The position numbers and the translations under genes are program-made. From a virus (lineage: Duplodnaviria > Caudoviricetes): a stretch of DNA of 64,000 nucleotides. Positions 19,734-29,425 of the stretch are shown here, piece by piece. The notes under the pieces were generated by a model. The model saw only the letters and a program-made list of their open reading frames with translations, ran no database searches and was not told the origin of the DNA. The number at the start of each line of letters is the position of its first letter. Position 1 is the stretch's first letter. The stretch lies in the IMG/VR virus record IMGVR_UViG_3300025781_000011, positions 1,174-65,173 of that record; one strand, 5' to 3'.

Positions 19734-20412
19734 TAAACATGCATGTGAGTTTTGCAGCAGACAGTTTCATGATGAGCGTAATCTCATTAACCATACTTGT
19801 GAAAAGAAACGTAGATGGTTCAGAAAAGACGATCCATCCAGCAGATTTGGATTTTTAGCATGGTCTAGATTCTACGAACTAACACAATCTAGCGGTACCA
19901 AAAAGAAAAACAACTATAAAGAATTTATTAACAGTAGATATTATATAGCTTTTATTAAATTTGGTAGACATATCATCGATATCAATGCAATTGAACCAGC
20001 AAAGTTTATAGATTTTGTAATCAAAAATAATTTGCCAATTGACAAATGGACGTATGATTTTGTGTATGAGCAATACATTAGAGAGATAACCAAGAAGGAG
20101 ACTCCCGAGCAAGCACTAGAACGTATGATATTGCTCATGCAACAATGGAGTATGCAAACAGGCGAACCTTGGCAGGACTTTTTCAGAAAAATCAACACAA
20201 ATTTAGCAGTACAATGGACACAAAGTGGTCGAATAAGTCCGTGGTTGTTGTACAATGTGGACAGTGCATTGGATTTGATAGACAGATGTAGTATGGAGCA
20301 ACAGGATATGATCAAAAAGTTTGCACCAGTGCCACAGTGGAAGATTAAGTTTATGAAAAATAGAGAGTCTATTGATTGGATCAAGAAGACCATGAAAGAA
20401 GCAGGAGTTTAA
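19726..20412 (+). CDS. C2H2/C2HC zinc-finger protein
   Basis: N-terminal CEFC...F.....L..HTC. Confidence 0.7.
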   Translation: MANKHACEFCSRQFHDERNLINHTCEKKRRWFRKDDPSSRFGFLAWSRFYELTQSSGTKKKNNYKEFINSRYYIAFIKFGRHIIDINAIEPAKFIDFVIKNNLPIDKWTYDFVYEQYIREITKKETPEQALERMILLMQQWSMQTGEPWQDFFRKINTNLAVQWTQSGRISPWLLYNVDSALDLIDRCSMEQQDMIKKFAPVPQWKIKFMKNRESIDWIKKTMKEAGV

Positions 20413-20413
20413 T

Positions 20414-20722
20414 ATGATAGACGATGATGCTATTAGTCAATATGATACAGATGATTATGAAAAACCATTACAAACAATCTCAACTCCTTTTTCTGTTAAA
20501 AAAGGTTCGTTTGTTGCGGAGATAAGATTAGGCGACCAAACATTTAACGTAATAAGTCCAGAATACATAGAATTTATAAATCGAAAAATTAATGAACTAG
20601 AATTAAAATGTAATTCACTGGAAAATGAAATTAGAACTTTGAAACAAGAATCTAGAAGAAGTGATAGTAAAATTAATAACGCAATAAATCAGATTAACTC
20701 GAGGTTTGGGTTTAATGGATAG
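20414..20722 (+). CDS. Hypothetical coiled-coil protein
   Basis: 102 aa with AGGAG RBS. Confidence 0.65.
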   Translation: MIDDDAISQYDTDDYEKPLQTISTPFSVKKGSFVAEIRLGDQTFNVISPEYIEFINRKINELELKCNSLENEIRTLKQESRRSDSKINNAINQINSRFGFNG

Positions 20723-21308
20723 AGGGGACGTTGATATAGACGTAGCAAACAGAGAGTTAGCTCTATCAAGTCTTACTCATGTTCCTGCTAGTATTATCCG
20801 TGATGGTAAGATAACCAAACATAACACCGGAGTATATTTTCATGCAGTACCAATAGACCCTGTAACAGAGCTATGCAGTATTGGATACGATCGTGCAGAA
20901 GATATGGGTTGCTTTAAGATAGATGTACTCAATGTCGGTGTTTATACCATGGTTAGAGATGAATCACATTTATTAGATTTAATGAGTCGAACAATTGATT
21001 GGACTGTGTTTGAAAAGCCCGACTTTGTTGGTAAATTATTCCATATCAACAATTACGGAGAACTAGTAGCCAAACTTAAACCAAAATCTATCAAAGACTT
21101 GGCTATGATATTAGCATTAATTCGTCCGGGTAAACGGCATTTACAGTCTAAATGTATTCAACAGGGATTTGATAGTATTTCTGACGAAATTTGGAAACAC
21201 GACGAAAACGGCTATGTTTTTAAACATGCACACGGTATATCCTATGCGGTATTGGTATATGTACATGCTAATTTGCTCATAGAACAAAATCCATTGACTG
21301 AACAGTAA
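20715..21308 (+). CDS. Miniature DNA polymerase III alpha (DnaE)-like protein
   Basis: DVDID, H.TGVY, G.FKIDVL, KP.S..DL...LALIRPG and YVFKHAH..SY motifs in DnaE order within ~198 aa. Confidence 0.75.
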   Translation: MDRGDVDIDVANRELALSSLTHVPASIIRDGKITKHNTGVYFHAVPIDPVTELCSIGYDRAEDMGCFKIDVLNVGVYTMVRDESHLLDLMSRTIDWTVFEKPDFVGKLFHINNYGELVAKLKPKSIKDLAMILALIRPGKRHLQSKCIQQGFDSISDEIWKHDENGYVFKHAHGISYAVLVYVHANLLIEQNPLTEQ

Positions 21309-21321
21309 TTACTGCTATAAT
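21294..21321 (+). promoter_or_regulatory. Early sigma70-type promoter
   Basis: TTGACT...TGCTATAAT, followed by AGGAGG. Confidence 0.75.
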
Positions 21322-21343
21322 AACAGTATTAGGAGGCGTTAAT

Positions 21344-21832
21344 ATGGCTAAACGTAAACTTTATTGGACTCGAGAAACAAATATTCTTGGCACTAATGTT
21401 TGGTTAGGTACTAGAGATAAGTCAGTAAACGAGCAGGTTGCTGCAAATTTAGAATTTGATCCTATTAAGAGGTTAAATTCCAAGCTCAAAAGTGGCTACA
21501 TGTTTCGTAGCCCAAATGTTGATCCAAATAGACTTGGTACAGTTTTTGGAACACTTGAACAAATCGCTGGGTCAATTAATATCTGGGCAGAGCGTGATAC
21601 CAAATCAGAAAAGATCACTGCCTATGCTATAGTCGAGGACAAAAGTGATGCTGCTATGTTTGCATGGGCACAAGTTGAACTGTTCCAAAAGTGGGACGAG
21701 GCCAAACAAGCAGAAGCTCGTGCAGAAGAAAAGCGCAAGCCGCAGAAGGTTAAGATCAACAAAGATGGAACTATTCGAGTCAAAGTTACTCAAACCATAC
21801 TTGAAGGCGATGAGGACGAGACTGGACTTTAG
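21344..21832 (+). CDS. Hypothetical protein
   Basis: 162 aa with AGGAGG RBS. Confidence 0.75.
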   Translation: MAKRKLYWTRETNILGTNVWLGTRDKSVNEQVAANLEFDPIKRLNSKLKSGYMFRSPNVDPNRLGTVFGTLEQIAGSINIWAERDTKSEKITAYAIVEDKSDAAMFAWAQVELFQKWDEAKQAEARAEEKRKPQKVKINKDGTIRVKVTQTILEGDEDETGL

Positions 21833-22203
21833 TCTACTGATCGAACAAGAGTAATTGTACGACGTTTGATTCTCTTGTTCATCAATTCTCTTAAATTGAT
21901 CACAGGACCCTGCAATACCTCGGCTTCTTTTTTGCTAAAGACTCTGAGGTAAGGTTTGAATTTTTTGAAATCATCCTGTAAAAACAAATTAATTGGGATT
22001 GACCTGTTGCTTTCCCACCAGTATACCTCGCCACATTCTAGAAATTCTCGTTTCATCTCAGTGGTAAAACTCTCATCTAGCACATACATGCTGATAAACA
22101 AATGATCAGCATTTTGAACTATGCCTATGTATTGTGACTTTAAGTATTTGACTATTGTTAAAAATGGAAAACGTTCTTGTAAAATTTTGTGTGTATTGTT
22201 CAT
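21829..22203 (-). CDS. Conserved hypothetical phage protein
   Basis: 124 aa, YWWESNRSIPINLFL; late motif upstream on the minus strand. Confidence 0.7.
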   Translation of the reverse strand: MNNTHKILQERFPFLTIVKYLKSQYIGIVQNADHLFISMYVLDESFTTEMKREFLECGEVYWWESNRSIPINLFLQDDFKKFKPYLRVFSKKEAEVLQGPVINLRELMNKRIKRRTITLVRSVD

Positions 22204-22292
22204 GATCGACGTGTGCCCGGTTAACCAGCTCTATTTATAAATCAAAAACTCACTTAACCATAAATATATCATTAACCCAGTGATGATTCTTA

Positions 22293-23132
22293 ATGTCCAC
22301 AGTATATCTTTACAAATATCGCGAATATATACATCTTCTACAGGATGATAAGAACGTCCCCAACATAAACATGCCCATGATCATATATGATACTAAAATC
22401 TACAAAGGCGTTACTAACACCATTGATTTTGTTATAAGAAACAATGATAGAAAGCCTATTAGCATGGTTGGATATACCATGATTGCACAAATAAGAGAAG
22501 TTGATAATCCCAGCGGTGCAAAAAATCCAACCGAAATATTGTTGGAAAAGAACGTAACAATGGTCGATGAAAGAACTGGTAAAGCAAAATTAGTATTAGA
22601 TCCAGAAGATATACAGGATTGGGAAACTGGTTATTATAGATTCAATATTAGAACTATCGATCAAAATGGACAATTAGGATTGTTATTCACTGATATTAAT
22701 AAAGAAACTTGGTGCTCGTTTGAATTAATTGAAGGAATATCAAGTAGCATGGTTCCTGCTGTTGAAATTTTAGGTAGTGATTTTACTCCAACTCCTGTTG
22801 GATACACATATGATACTAAGTGGGTGACTGGTGCTTTACCAGGTGATGCACAAGCACAACGAGCTAGTGGTACTCATACTATAGTAGCTTATACTACAAG
22901 TTGGCAAGGTAAGATTTGGATTGAGGGTAGTTTAAGTAATAATGCTCCTCTACCCAGTGAATGGTTCTATATACCATTAGATGTTAATCATGATTATATT
23001 GAACTAACTGATCAAAATAACCAAGGACCTAAATTAATTAATTTTACCATGAACTTATATTGGTTAAGAGTTAGTTATCAACCAAGTTCAATGAACAAGG
23101 GTAAATTTGATAAGATCTTGTATAAAACCTGA
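22293..23132 (+). CDS. Virion/baseplate beta-sandwich protein
   Basis: KIYKGV.N.I.F.IRN.DRKP; beta-rich; TAAATA upstream. Confidence 0.6.
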   Translation: MSTVYLYKYREYIHLLQDDKNVPNINMPMIIYDTKIYKGVTNTIDFVIRNNDRKPISMVGYTMIAQIREVDNPSGAKNPTEILLEKNVTMVDERTGKAKLVLDPEDIQDWETGYYRFNIRTIDQNGQLGLLFTDINKETWCSFELIEGISSSMVPAVEILGSDFTPTPVGYTYDTKWVTGALPGDAQAQRASGTHTIVAYTTSWQGKIWIEGSLSNNAPLPSEWFYIPLDVNHDYIELTDQNNQGPKLINFTMNLYWLRVSYQPSSMNKGKFDKILYKT

Positions 23133-23152
23133 TTTTGCTTTATATTTAAAGC

Positions 23153-24175
23153 ATGGCTCAAGTACATGAATTAGTATTAAACAATATCCCTGCAAAGCGA
23201 CGTCAAAGTCCCCGAGGATGGATTTTATTCAATGCTGTATGCTGTCATCACCGCGGACACAGTGTAGATAAACGTCACAGAGGCAATCTTATGGTATCTG
23301 CAGATGGCGTCATAGGATATAATTGTTATAATTGCGGATTCAAAACGAGATTTGACAACATCGAACTCAGTAAGAACTTTGAATTGTTATTGAATTGGCT
23401 AGGGGTACCGCACGAGGACATCCAGCAAGCCAAATTAGAACTATTAAAAAATAAAATCGATGGTGTAGAAAGACAGGGCGTTAATGAACTACTAATTTTC
23501 AACAGGAAATTCAAAGAAGTTAACCTACCACCGGGTGCAGCCACAATTGAAAGCATAACCGAATGGGAAGACATTCCCAATGATTATTTTGAAGTTGTTT
23601 CTTATTTGTTATCAAGAGGATCAGCTGTAGCAAATAATTATGATTATCATTGGACTTCTAGTACCAAGCATGATATGAATCACAGAGTAATTATACCGTT
23701 TTATTATGACAATCAAATTGTTGGATGGACTGCCAGATATGCTGGTACTCCTCCGCACGGTACGCCTAGATATTATAATAGCGAATTACAACCGGGGTAT
23801 TTGTTTAACAATGAGGCATTAGACAACCCCAATCGTAAATATGTATTATTAGTTGAAGGACCGTTTGATGCTATAGCTGTTGACGGAGTTGCTGTGTTGG
23901 GTAGTGAGTTATCCAAAGACCAGTTAGCTTGGTTATTGCAATGTGATAAAGAAATAGTTGTAGTACCAGATCGACAGCGTAAGAATCAGGGATTAATTGA
24001 TGCAGCATTAGATAATAACTGGGCTGTAAGTTTTCCAGAATGGGAGGACTCAATCAAAGACTCTGCACAAGCTAGTGCAAGATATGGTAAGATTTATACA
24101 CTTCGTAGCATACTTGCAAATAAGACTGCAAGTCCCCTACAAATAAATGTTAAAAGACAGATGTTCAAGGGATAA
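23153..24175 (+). CDS. DNA primase (gp61-like)
   Basis: N-terminal Zn motif (CC..H, CYNCG), RVIIPF, TOPRIM VEGPFDA and VVPDR. Confidence 0.9.
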   Translation: MAQVHELVLNNIPAKRRQSPRGWILFNAVCCHHRGHSVDKRHRGNLMVSADGVIGYNCYNCGFKTRFDNIELSKNFELLLNWLGVPHEDIQQAKLELLKNKIDGVERQGVNELLIFNRKFKEVNLPPGAATIESITEWEDIPNDYFEVVSYLLSRGSAVANNYDYHWTSSTKHDMNHRVIIPFYYDNQIVGWTARYAGTPPHGTPRYYNSELQPGYLFNNEALDNPNRKYVLLVEGPFDAIAVDGVAVLGSELSKDQLAWLLQCDKEIVVVPDRQRKNQGLIDAALDNNWAVSFPEWEDSIKDSAQASARYGKIYTLRSILANKTASPLQINVKRQMFKG

Positions 24176-24177
24176 CG

Positions 24178-25602
24178 ATGGCTAAAGAACAAGAAGATGA
24201 AATTAAAGAATACGGTGAGGACAAACAGAAACTACTAATAGATGTGCTGTTAAGTAGTGAGGAAGTGTTTGCAAGATGTCAAAACATCTTAGACTCTAAG
24301 TATTTTGTAAACAAGTATAGACCTTCTATGAGGTTTATACTCAAATATGCTAATGAGTTCAAAGTATTACCAAAGTTTGAACAAGTAAATGCAGAAACAG
24401 GTGGGGAATTTACAAAGATTGATAATATTCTTGTCCAACATCAAGATAGTTTCTTGAAAGAAATCGAAGAGTTTTGTAAGAATAGAGCACTTGCAGATGC
24501 GGTAACAAGTGCAGTTGCACTTATTGAAAAGGGTAATTACGGCGAAGTAGAAAAACGTGTTAGAGAAGCAATACTGATTAGTTTACAAAATGATCTTGGT
24601 ACAAATTATTATGCAGATCCTCGGGAAAGACTACTTAAAATTAAAGATAAAAACGGTCAGATTAGCACAGGGTGGAAGACTGTTGATGAGAAATTGTATG
24701 GCGGTGTTAACAGAGGTGAGATTACCATCTGGTGTGCGGGATCTGGTGTGGGTAAGAGCTTGTTCTTGCAGAACATGGCACTTAATCTGAGTAAACAGGG
24801 ACTTAATGTTGTTTACATATCACTAGAACTTAGTGAAGGTTTAACTGGTATGCGTATTGATAGTATGCTTACTGAAGTTGGTACCAGAGACATATTCCGT
24901 AACCTTGACACAGTTGAAATCAAAGTCAAGCAAGCAGGATTCAAAAGTGGTGATTTGTATATCAGACAGATACCACAGGGTAGTACAACTAATGACATTA
25001 AAGTATACTTGAAGAATTATGAGATCGAACGTCAAAAAAGACCAGATGTTATTGTGGTAGATTACCTAGACTTGCTTTACCCTAATAACAAAAAAGTAAA
25101 TCCTAGTGACTTGTTTATTAAGGATAAATTCGTTACAGAAGAACTTAGAGGTTTGGCAGTAGAAACAAATATGCTTTGTGTTACAGCAAGTCAGTTAAAT
25201 CGCAGTGCAACGCAAGAGCAAGAGCATGATCATAGCATGATTGCAGGTGGTATCAGTAAGATACAGACTGCTGACAACGTGATCAGTATTTTTGCCAGTG
25301 CAGCTATGAAAGAACGCGGTCAGTATCAAGTGCAGTTTCTTAAAACACGTAGTAGTAGCGGCGTCGGTAGCAAGGTATATTTGGGATTTGATCCAAATAC
25401 ATTGAAGATATTTGATCTTGAGGACGGTGGTGCTACTCTTATGGAAACAGGTAATGCTAGTGATGTATTTGCTGATTTACGTAGAAAGAATGCAAGTGCA
25501 GCTAAAAAGGAAGGAGCAGAAACTGATTCCGCTCCATCGAGTGTTCAAGCAACAAAAACCATTAAAGACTTAACCACATTGACGTCTTTGATTAGACGTT
25601 AG
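24178..25602 (+). CDS. Replicative DnaB-like helicase (gp41-like)
   Basis: STGW..D, AGSGVGKS, YISLEL, VVDYLDL, TASQLNR. Confidence 0.92.
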   Translation: MAKEQEDEIKEYGEDKQKLLIDVLLSSEEVFARCQNILDSKYFVNKYRPSMRFILKYANEFKVLPKFEQVNAETGGEFTKIDNILVQHQDSFLKEIEEFCKNRALADAVTSAVALIEKGNYGEVEKRVREAILISLQNDLGTNYYADPRERLLKIKDKNGQISTGWKTVDEKLYGGVNRGEITIWCAGSGVGKSLFLQNMALNLSKQGLNVVYISLELSEGLTGMRIDSMLTEVGTRDIFRNLDTVEIKVKQAGFKSGDLYIRQIPQGSTTNDIKVYLKNYEIERQKRPDVIVVDYLDLLYPNNKKVNPSDLFIKDKFVTEELRGLAVETNMLCVTASQLNRSATQEQEHDHSMIAGGISKIQTADNVISIFASAAMKERGQYQVQFLKTRSSSGVGSKVYLGFDPNTLKIFDLEDGGATLMETGNASDVFADLRRKNASAAKKEGAETDSAPSSVQATKTIKDLTTLTSLIRR

Positions 25603-25997
25603 TCCCCGCCAAAAAGACTGAAAACTCCGTTATGTATAACTATTGCTCCTTCATACGGTAGGGTACCGTCTTCTATTCTTTTCAAATCTTCTAAAGTTAA
25701 TCCAGATATATTTTCTAAGCTATCTAATGGAATATTTTCATAACAAGCATCATCGTATAACGCATTTTCATTTCTCCATTTTTTTAATTCTGGGAACTGA
25801 TCTAGATAGTCAACTAGGTCATTAACTTCTTTAACAGATTCCTTGTTAATGCCTGACGGGATATCTGTTTTCAATAGACCATCTACATCGTGAACTTCTG
25901 GAGTTTCATCATTATTTTCATTAGTATCAGTTTCTGTTAATATGTTTAATTTATCAAGTAAGTTTCTAAAATGTTCAGCTAAAAACGACTCAGACAT
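25599..25997 (-). CDS. Acidic hypothetical protein
   Basis: 132 aa with AAGGA RBS. Confidence 0.65.
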   Translation of the reverse strand: MSESFLAEHFRNLLDKLNILTETDTNENNDETPEVHDVDGLLKTDIPSGINKESVKEVNDLVDYLDQFPELKKWRNENALYDDACYENIPLDSLENISGLTLEDLKRIEDGTLPYEGAIVIHNGVFSLFGGD

Positions 25998-26083
25998 AAT
26001 TATTCCTTTTATTGCTAATTTAAGTATTATTTATTAGATTGTAGTTTGATACTAAATATTTAGAGAGGCATAGGAATTCTGAC

Positions 26084-26329
26084 GTGAGTAAAATTAAAAG
26101 TTTTTTAGATGAGCTTGATAAATGTGTACCGGCTAAGAGCAAACACACAGTTATAGAAAGTAGAGCAGCACATATAATAGCCAGTGCTGCAAATCTATCT
26201 CAGCTTATAAGAGAGAGTTATTCTGAGGAAGAAGCAAACGATTTGATCAAGCGATTGTATCGTAGCATAATGACCGAAGATGAACGTAAGTTCATGAGAA
26301 AAATAAAAGAATTAAGAAATCAGAAATAA
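26084..26329 (+). CDS. Hypothetical protein
   Basis: 81 aa, GTG start, late motif upstream. Confidence 0.65.
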   Translation: MSKIKSFLDELDKCVPAKSKHTVIESRAAHIIASAANLSQLIRESYSEEEANDLIKRLYRSIMTEDERKFMRKIKELRNQK

Positions 26330-26369
26330 TAATATATAGATTAGTAGTGACATCATATTAGGAGTAATC

Positions 26370-26579
26370 ATGCGTTTAACTGAATTTATAAAAAAGGACG
26401 ATAAGTTACTTCGTATATTAGAATCTGCAACCAGCGGATCATCGTCCGCAGGTTCAATTGCAAGTGTTCCTAATTCTGTAGGCGGAATGATCAGACGAAT
26501 GCCAACAGAACCTAACTTGTTTGGGTATGTTCCAGAATCTAAACCAAAGACCAAAAAGAAGAACCGTAAGCAGAAGTAA
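26370..26579 (+). CDS. Small hypothetical (putative internal head) protein
   Basis: MRLTEFIK...LESATSGSSSAGSIA; AGGAG RBS. Confidence 0.7.
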   Translation: MRLTEFIKKDDKLLRILESATSGSSSAGSIASVPNSVGGMIRRMPTEPNLFGYVPESKPKTKKKNRKQK

Positions 26580-26641
26580 TTTTGGTCAACAGCATAAATA
26601 GTTACGCAAAACAAGTTTGCATCTTTAATAGGAGATAAAAC

Positions 26642-27184
26642 ATGTCTTATAATACAGGCGTTAATAACAAAGTAAACGGCGGAGTCGCTGGTGGTGAATT
26701 CCTCAGCGGTAAAATGGACTTCTTCACTATCACAACAAGTAACTTATTTGATCAGACAAACGTTGAAACAAGAGTTGAAGATCTTTATCAGATCAGCTCA
26801 ACTGTTTGGTCACCAGTAACTGTTGTTGATGGTCACGGTACATCACATACATACAGCACAAAAGCTGATTATATCACAGCATGGAAAAAGCAACAGAACG
26901 TAAACATTCTTGTTAACGTATTTTCGCAACGTGCTAACCCAGTTATCGTTAGCATTCCATCATCAGGTGCAATTAATTTTGCAACTGAAAAAACTGGCTT
27001 ATGGTTCGTAAACGATGGTGTTGGTAACTACGGTAATGCAGCTACAGACACTAACTACACTGGTTATATGTTAGAAGATGCTATTGCAGAAGCTCTATTT
27101 TGGCAGGCAAGTGACGATGTTGTAACTGGTCATCCAACTGTAGCGTTCACAATCAGCAGTATTTCACGTCAGACATTCCTATAA
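26642..27184 (+). CDS. Abundant virion protein (putative)
   Basis: Own late motif, AGGAG RBS and terminator. Confidence 0.7.
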   Translation: MSYNTGVNNKVNGGVAGGEFLSGKMDFFTITTSNLFDQTNVETRVEDLYQISSTVWSPVTVVDGHGTSHTYSTKADYITAWKKQQNVNILVNVFSQRANPVIVSIPSSGAINFATEKTGLWFVNDGVGNYGNAATDTNYTGYMLEDAIAEALFWQASDDVVTGHPTVAFTISSISRQTFL

Positions 27185-27205
27185 TATCTAACGAGATATT
27201 CTACA

Positions 27206-27230
27206 CAAAAGGCGCCAATGGCGCCTTTTG
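27206..27230 (+). terminator. Rho-independent terminator
   Basis: CAAAAGGCGCC-aat-GGCGCCTTTTG. Confidence 0.85.
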
Positions 27231-27272
27231 TTGTTTTATAAGATAAATATTCTACTTAGTAGGATAAAATCA

Positions 27273-27434
27273 ATGTTATTAGATCAGGTTTTTGACAAAT
27301 TTGAAAATGTAAAATGGGTGTTTGTACGTAAAGATGGAAAGCTAAAAAAGGTTCGTCGTGTAATAACTGCTCCACTAAAATTCGCCACGAAACAAGAAAA
27401 ACCATTATTTCCTATTTCTAAGGAAAGAAAATGA
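27273..27434 (+). CDS. Small basic hypothetical protein
   Basis: ATG 27273 follows TAAATA and AGGA; ATGA-coupled to the next gene. Confidence 0.55.
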   Translation: MLLDQVFDKFENVKWVFVRKDGKLKKVRRVITAPLKFATKQEKPLFPISKERK

Positions 27435-28435
27435 AGAAGCTCACAGAATATTTTAATGAATTAACTGAATCAGTTGAATTAAAAGACAACATGCTAAAGA
27501 TAGGTGATTGGACATTAGATCTATCCGGTCAGAATATAGCAACTGTGAAAGCACCTCATTCAGACAACTTGGTGAAAGTACATTATAACACATCAATAGA
27601 TAACTCAGTACCAGAATTAGTTAAATGGGCTATAAAAGCACACATCGGGGGAAAGCCTATATACGATATCGCAAAGATAGTGAATCGTTTATATAAAGAA
27701 GGCAACCGAGATCCCAAATTATTTGCAGTAAATGAGGTGGATGCAATGAGAAAACTAAAAATAACCACAGAAGTAGATCTAGAAGAAACTGAAGGTTTCT
27801 ACAACACCACCGACGATCGCTGGAGTCGTCGTGCAAAACACCAATTGAGCAAAACAGAATTAATGAACGCAGCTGACACAAGTGATTTCTCCAAAGGTGA
27901 TACAGCCGTTTATGAAGGACAAGAAGTAGAAGTGCGTATTCCTGTTGGACCAAATGGTACAGCTGGTATTATGTTAGAAGGACATCTTAAAATGGTAAAG
28001 CGTGGTAGCCTTTCAAAGCTAGATGAAAGTATGGGAGTTATGGGCGGAATGAAGCCACTAGGACCCCTGAACAGAATCATGCAATTAGCTGGACTAGAAC
28101 ACAGCGGAGCAGTTGTAGAAGATGTTGATACTGCTGAGGAAGAAGTAGTTACAGGAGAAACGGTTGAGGAAGCTGCTGGTGCAGGTACAATGTTTAACCA
28201 ATTGCTTACAGCTAATACCAACAACCCTGCTTATAAAAATAATCCAAATGCTGCTAAAGTTGCTACAGTTGGACAAGTACTAGCAGGATTACAGAGCATA
28301 ATCGGTGAGTTGCCCACTGATTTACCACCAGAAATTATGAATCACATGAAAATGGTTCCGGGTATTGGTGCAGAACTTATCAAGACTGCTACAGCAATGA
28401 CCAAGCCATCAACTGCACCGGGGACGCCTGAATGA
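27431..28435 (+). CDS. Putative internal head protein
   Basis: MKKLTEYFNELTES start; repeated hxE sites; RIMQLAGL motif. Confidence 0.65.
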   Translation: MKKLTEYFNELTESVELKDNMLKIGDWTLDLSGQNIATVKAPHSDNLVKVHYNTSIDNSVPELVKWAIKAHIGGKPIYDIAKIVNRLYKEGNRDPKLFAVNEVDAMRKLKITTEVDLEETEGFYNTTDDRWSRRAKHQLSKTELMNAADTSDFSKGDTAVYEGQEVEVRIPVGPNGTAGIMLEGHLKMVKRGSLSKLDESMGVMGGMKPLGPLNRIMQLAGLEHSGAVVEDVDTAEEEVVTGETVEEAAGAGTMFNQLLTANTNNPAYKNNPNAAKVATVGQVLAGLQSIIGELPTDLPPEIMNHMKMVPGIGAELIKTATAMTKPSTAPGTPE

Positions 28436-28662
28436 GATTTATGGAGATAAGAGGTAATACTCTGGTTCCTGTAAGCAACGAGGAAGTATTACTGATAGAA
28501 AAAGTGAAAGGTTCAATCGAACCTCTCATTTCAAAAACACTAAATGAACGAGAAGGCGAAGTTGCACGTCAATTGGTGCACCGAGGGGTGTTGTCCAGAA
28601 TTAAAGTTGACGGCGATCAATGCCTTGTCTATAATGAATTAGAGGATATCTGGAGTAATTAA
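28432..28662 (+). CDS. Small hypothetical protein
   Basis: 76 aa, ATGA overlap. Confidence 0.65.
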   Translation: MRFMEIRGNTLVPVSNEEVLLIEKVKGSIEPLISKTLNEREGEVARQLVHRGVLSRIKVDGDQCLVYNELEDIWSN

Positions 28663-28664
28663 TT

Positions 28665-29321
28665 ATGACTGTATCACCCGAAGAACGCGATGCAATGGCT
28701 AATATACTGAGAACTCTTAACGGAGAAGCTTCAGTTAAGCCCACCACTAATTCAAATGCTAGTAATGCAGTTGAACTAGCAGGTCCTGGTCAAGTTACTA
28801 ATGCTGATATCAGTGCTATGGCCGACGTGCTTACCAAATTGAATAGTGTTAGTAATCAAGTTGTTGGTGAGATGATCACTGAAGCAGAACATAGCCCAGT
28901 AGTTGATTTAGCGTTAAATACAAGTAGGAACGATGACGGTGTTAAAGTTGGAAAATACCAAATTATGATCAAAGAAGATCCTAAACGTCTAGCAGGCAAG
29001 CAGTATTACAGCATTTACAATACAAGAACAAATGACATTATAGCGGATGATCTAAGTCTTTATGAAACAGCATTATCTGTTGTTAAATTATTAAATAATG
29101 GTAGATATGCTAATAGTTCAGATGTTAGATCATTATTTGAACATGATCAAACCTATACTAGTCATAAACAGGACGCTGTTAGATATAAAAGAGCTATGAT
29201 TGTTGCTGAACGTAAAGGTGACTTTACTAAACATGGTATCTATGAATCAAGACAGCAGGCAAGTATTGATCGTGCCATGGTAGCTAAGAGACAGATCAAA
29301 AACTTCCGATCTGACGTATAA
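28665..29321 (+). CDS. Hypothetical protein
   Basis: 218 aa within the late operon. Confidence 0.7.
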   Translation: MTVSPEERDAMANILRTLNGEASVKPTTNSNASNAVELAGPGQVTNADISAMADVLTKLNSVSNQVVGEMITEAEHSPVVDLALNTSRNDDGVKVGKYQIMIKEDPKRLAGKQYYSIYNTRTNDIIADDLSLYETALSVVKLLNNGRYANSSDVRSLFEHDQTYTSHKQDAVRYKRAMIVAERKGDFTKHGIYESRQQASIDRAMVAKRQIKNFRSDV

Positions 29322-29425
29322 TACAATATATCAATTATCCAAATAGATAATTTTCCTAACGGTATTCGATAAATAAATACCAGCAGCAATATATTGTCAT
29401 GGCCGCAGAGCCGGGGAAGGTTATC

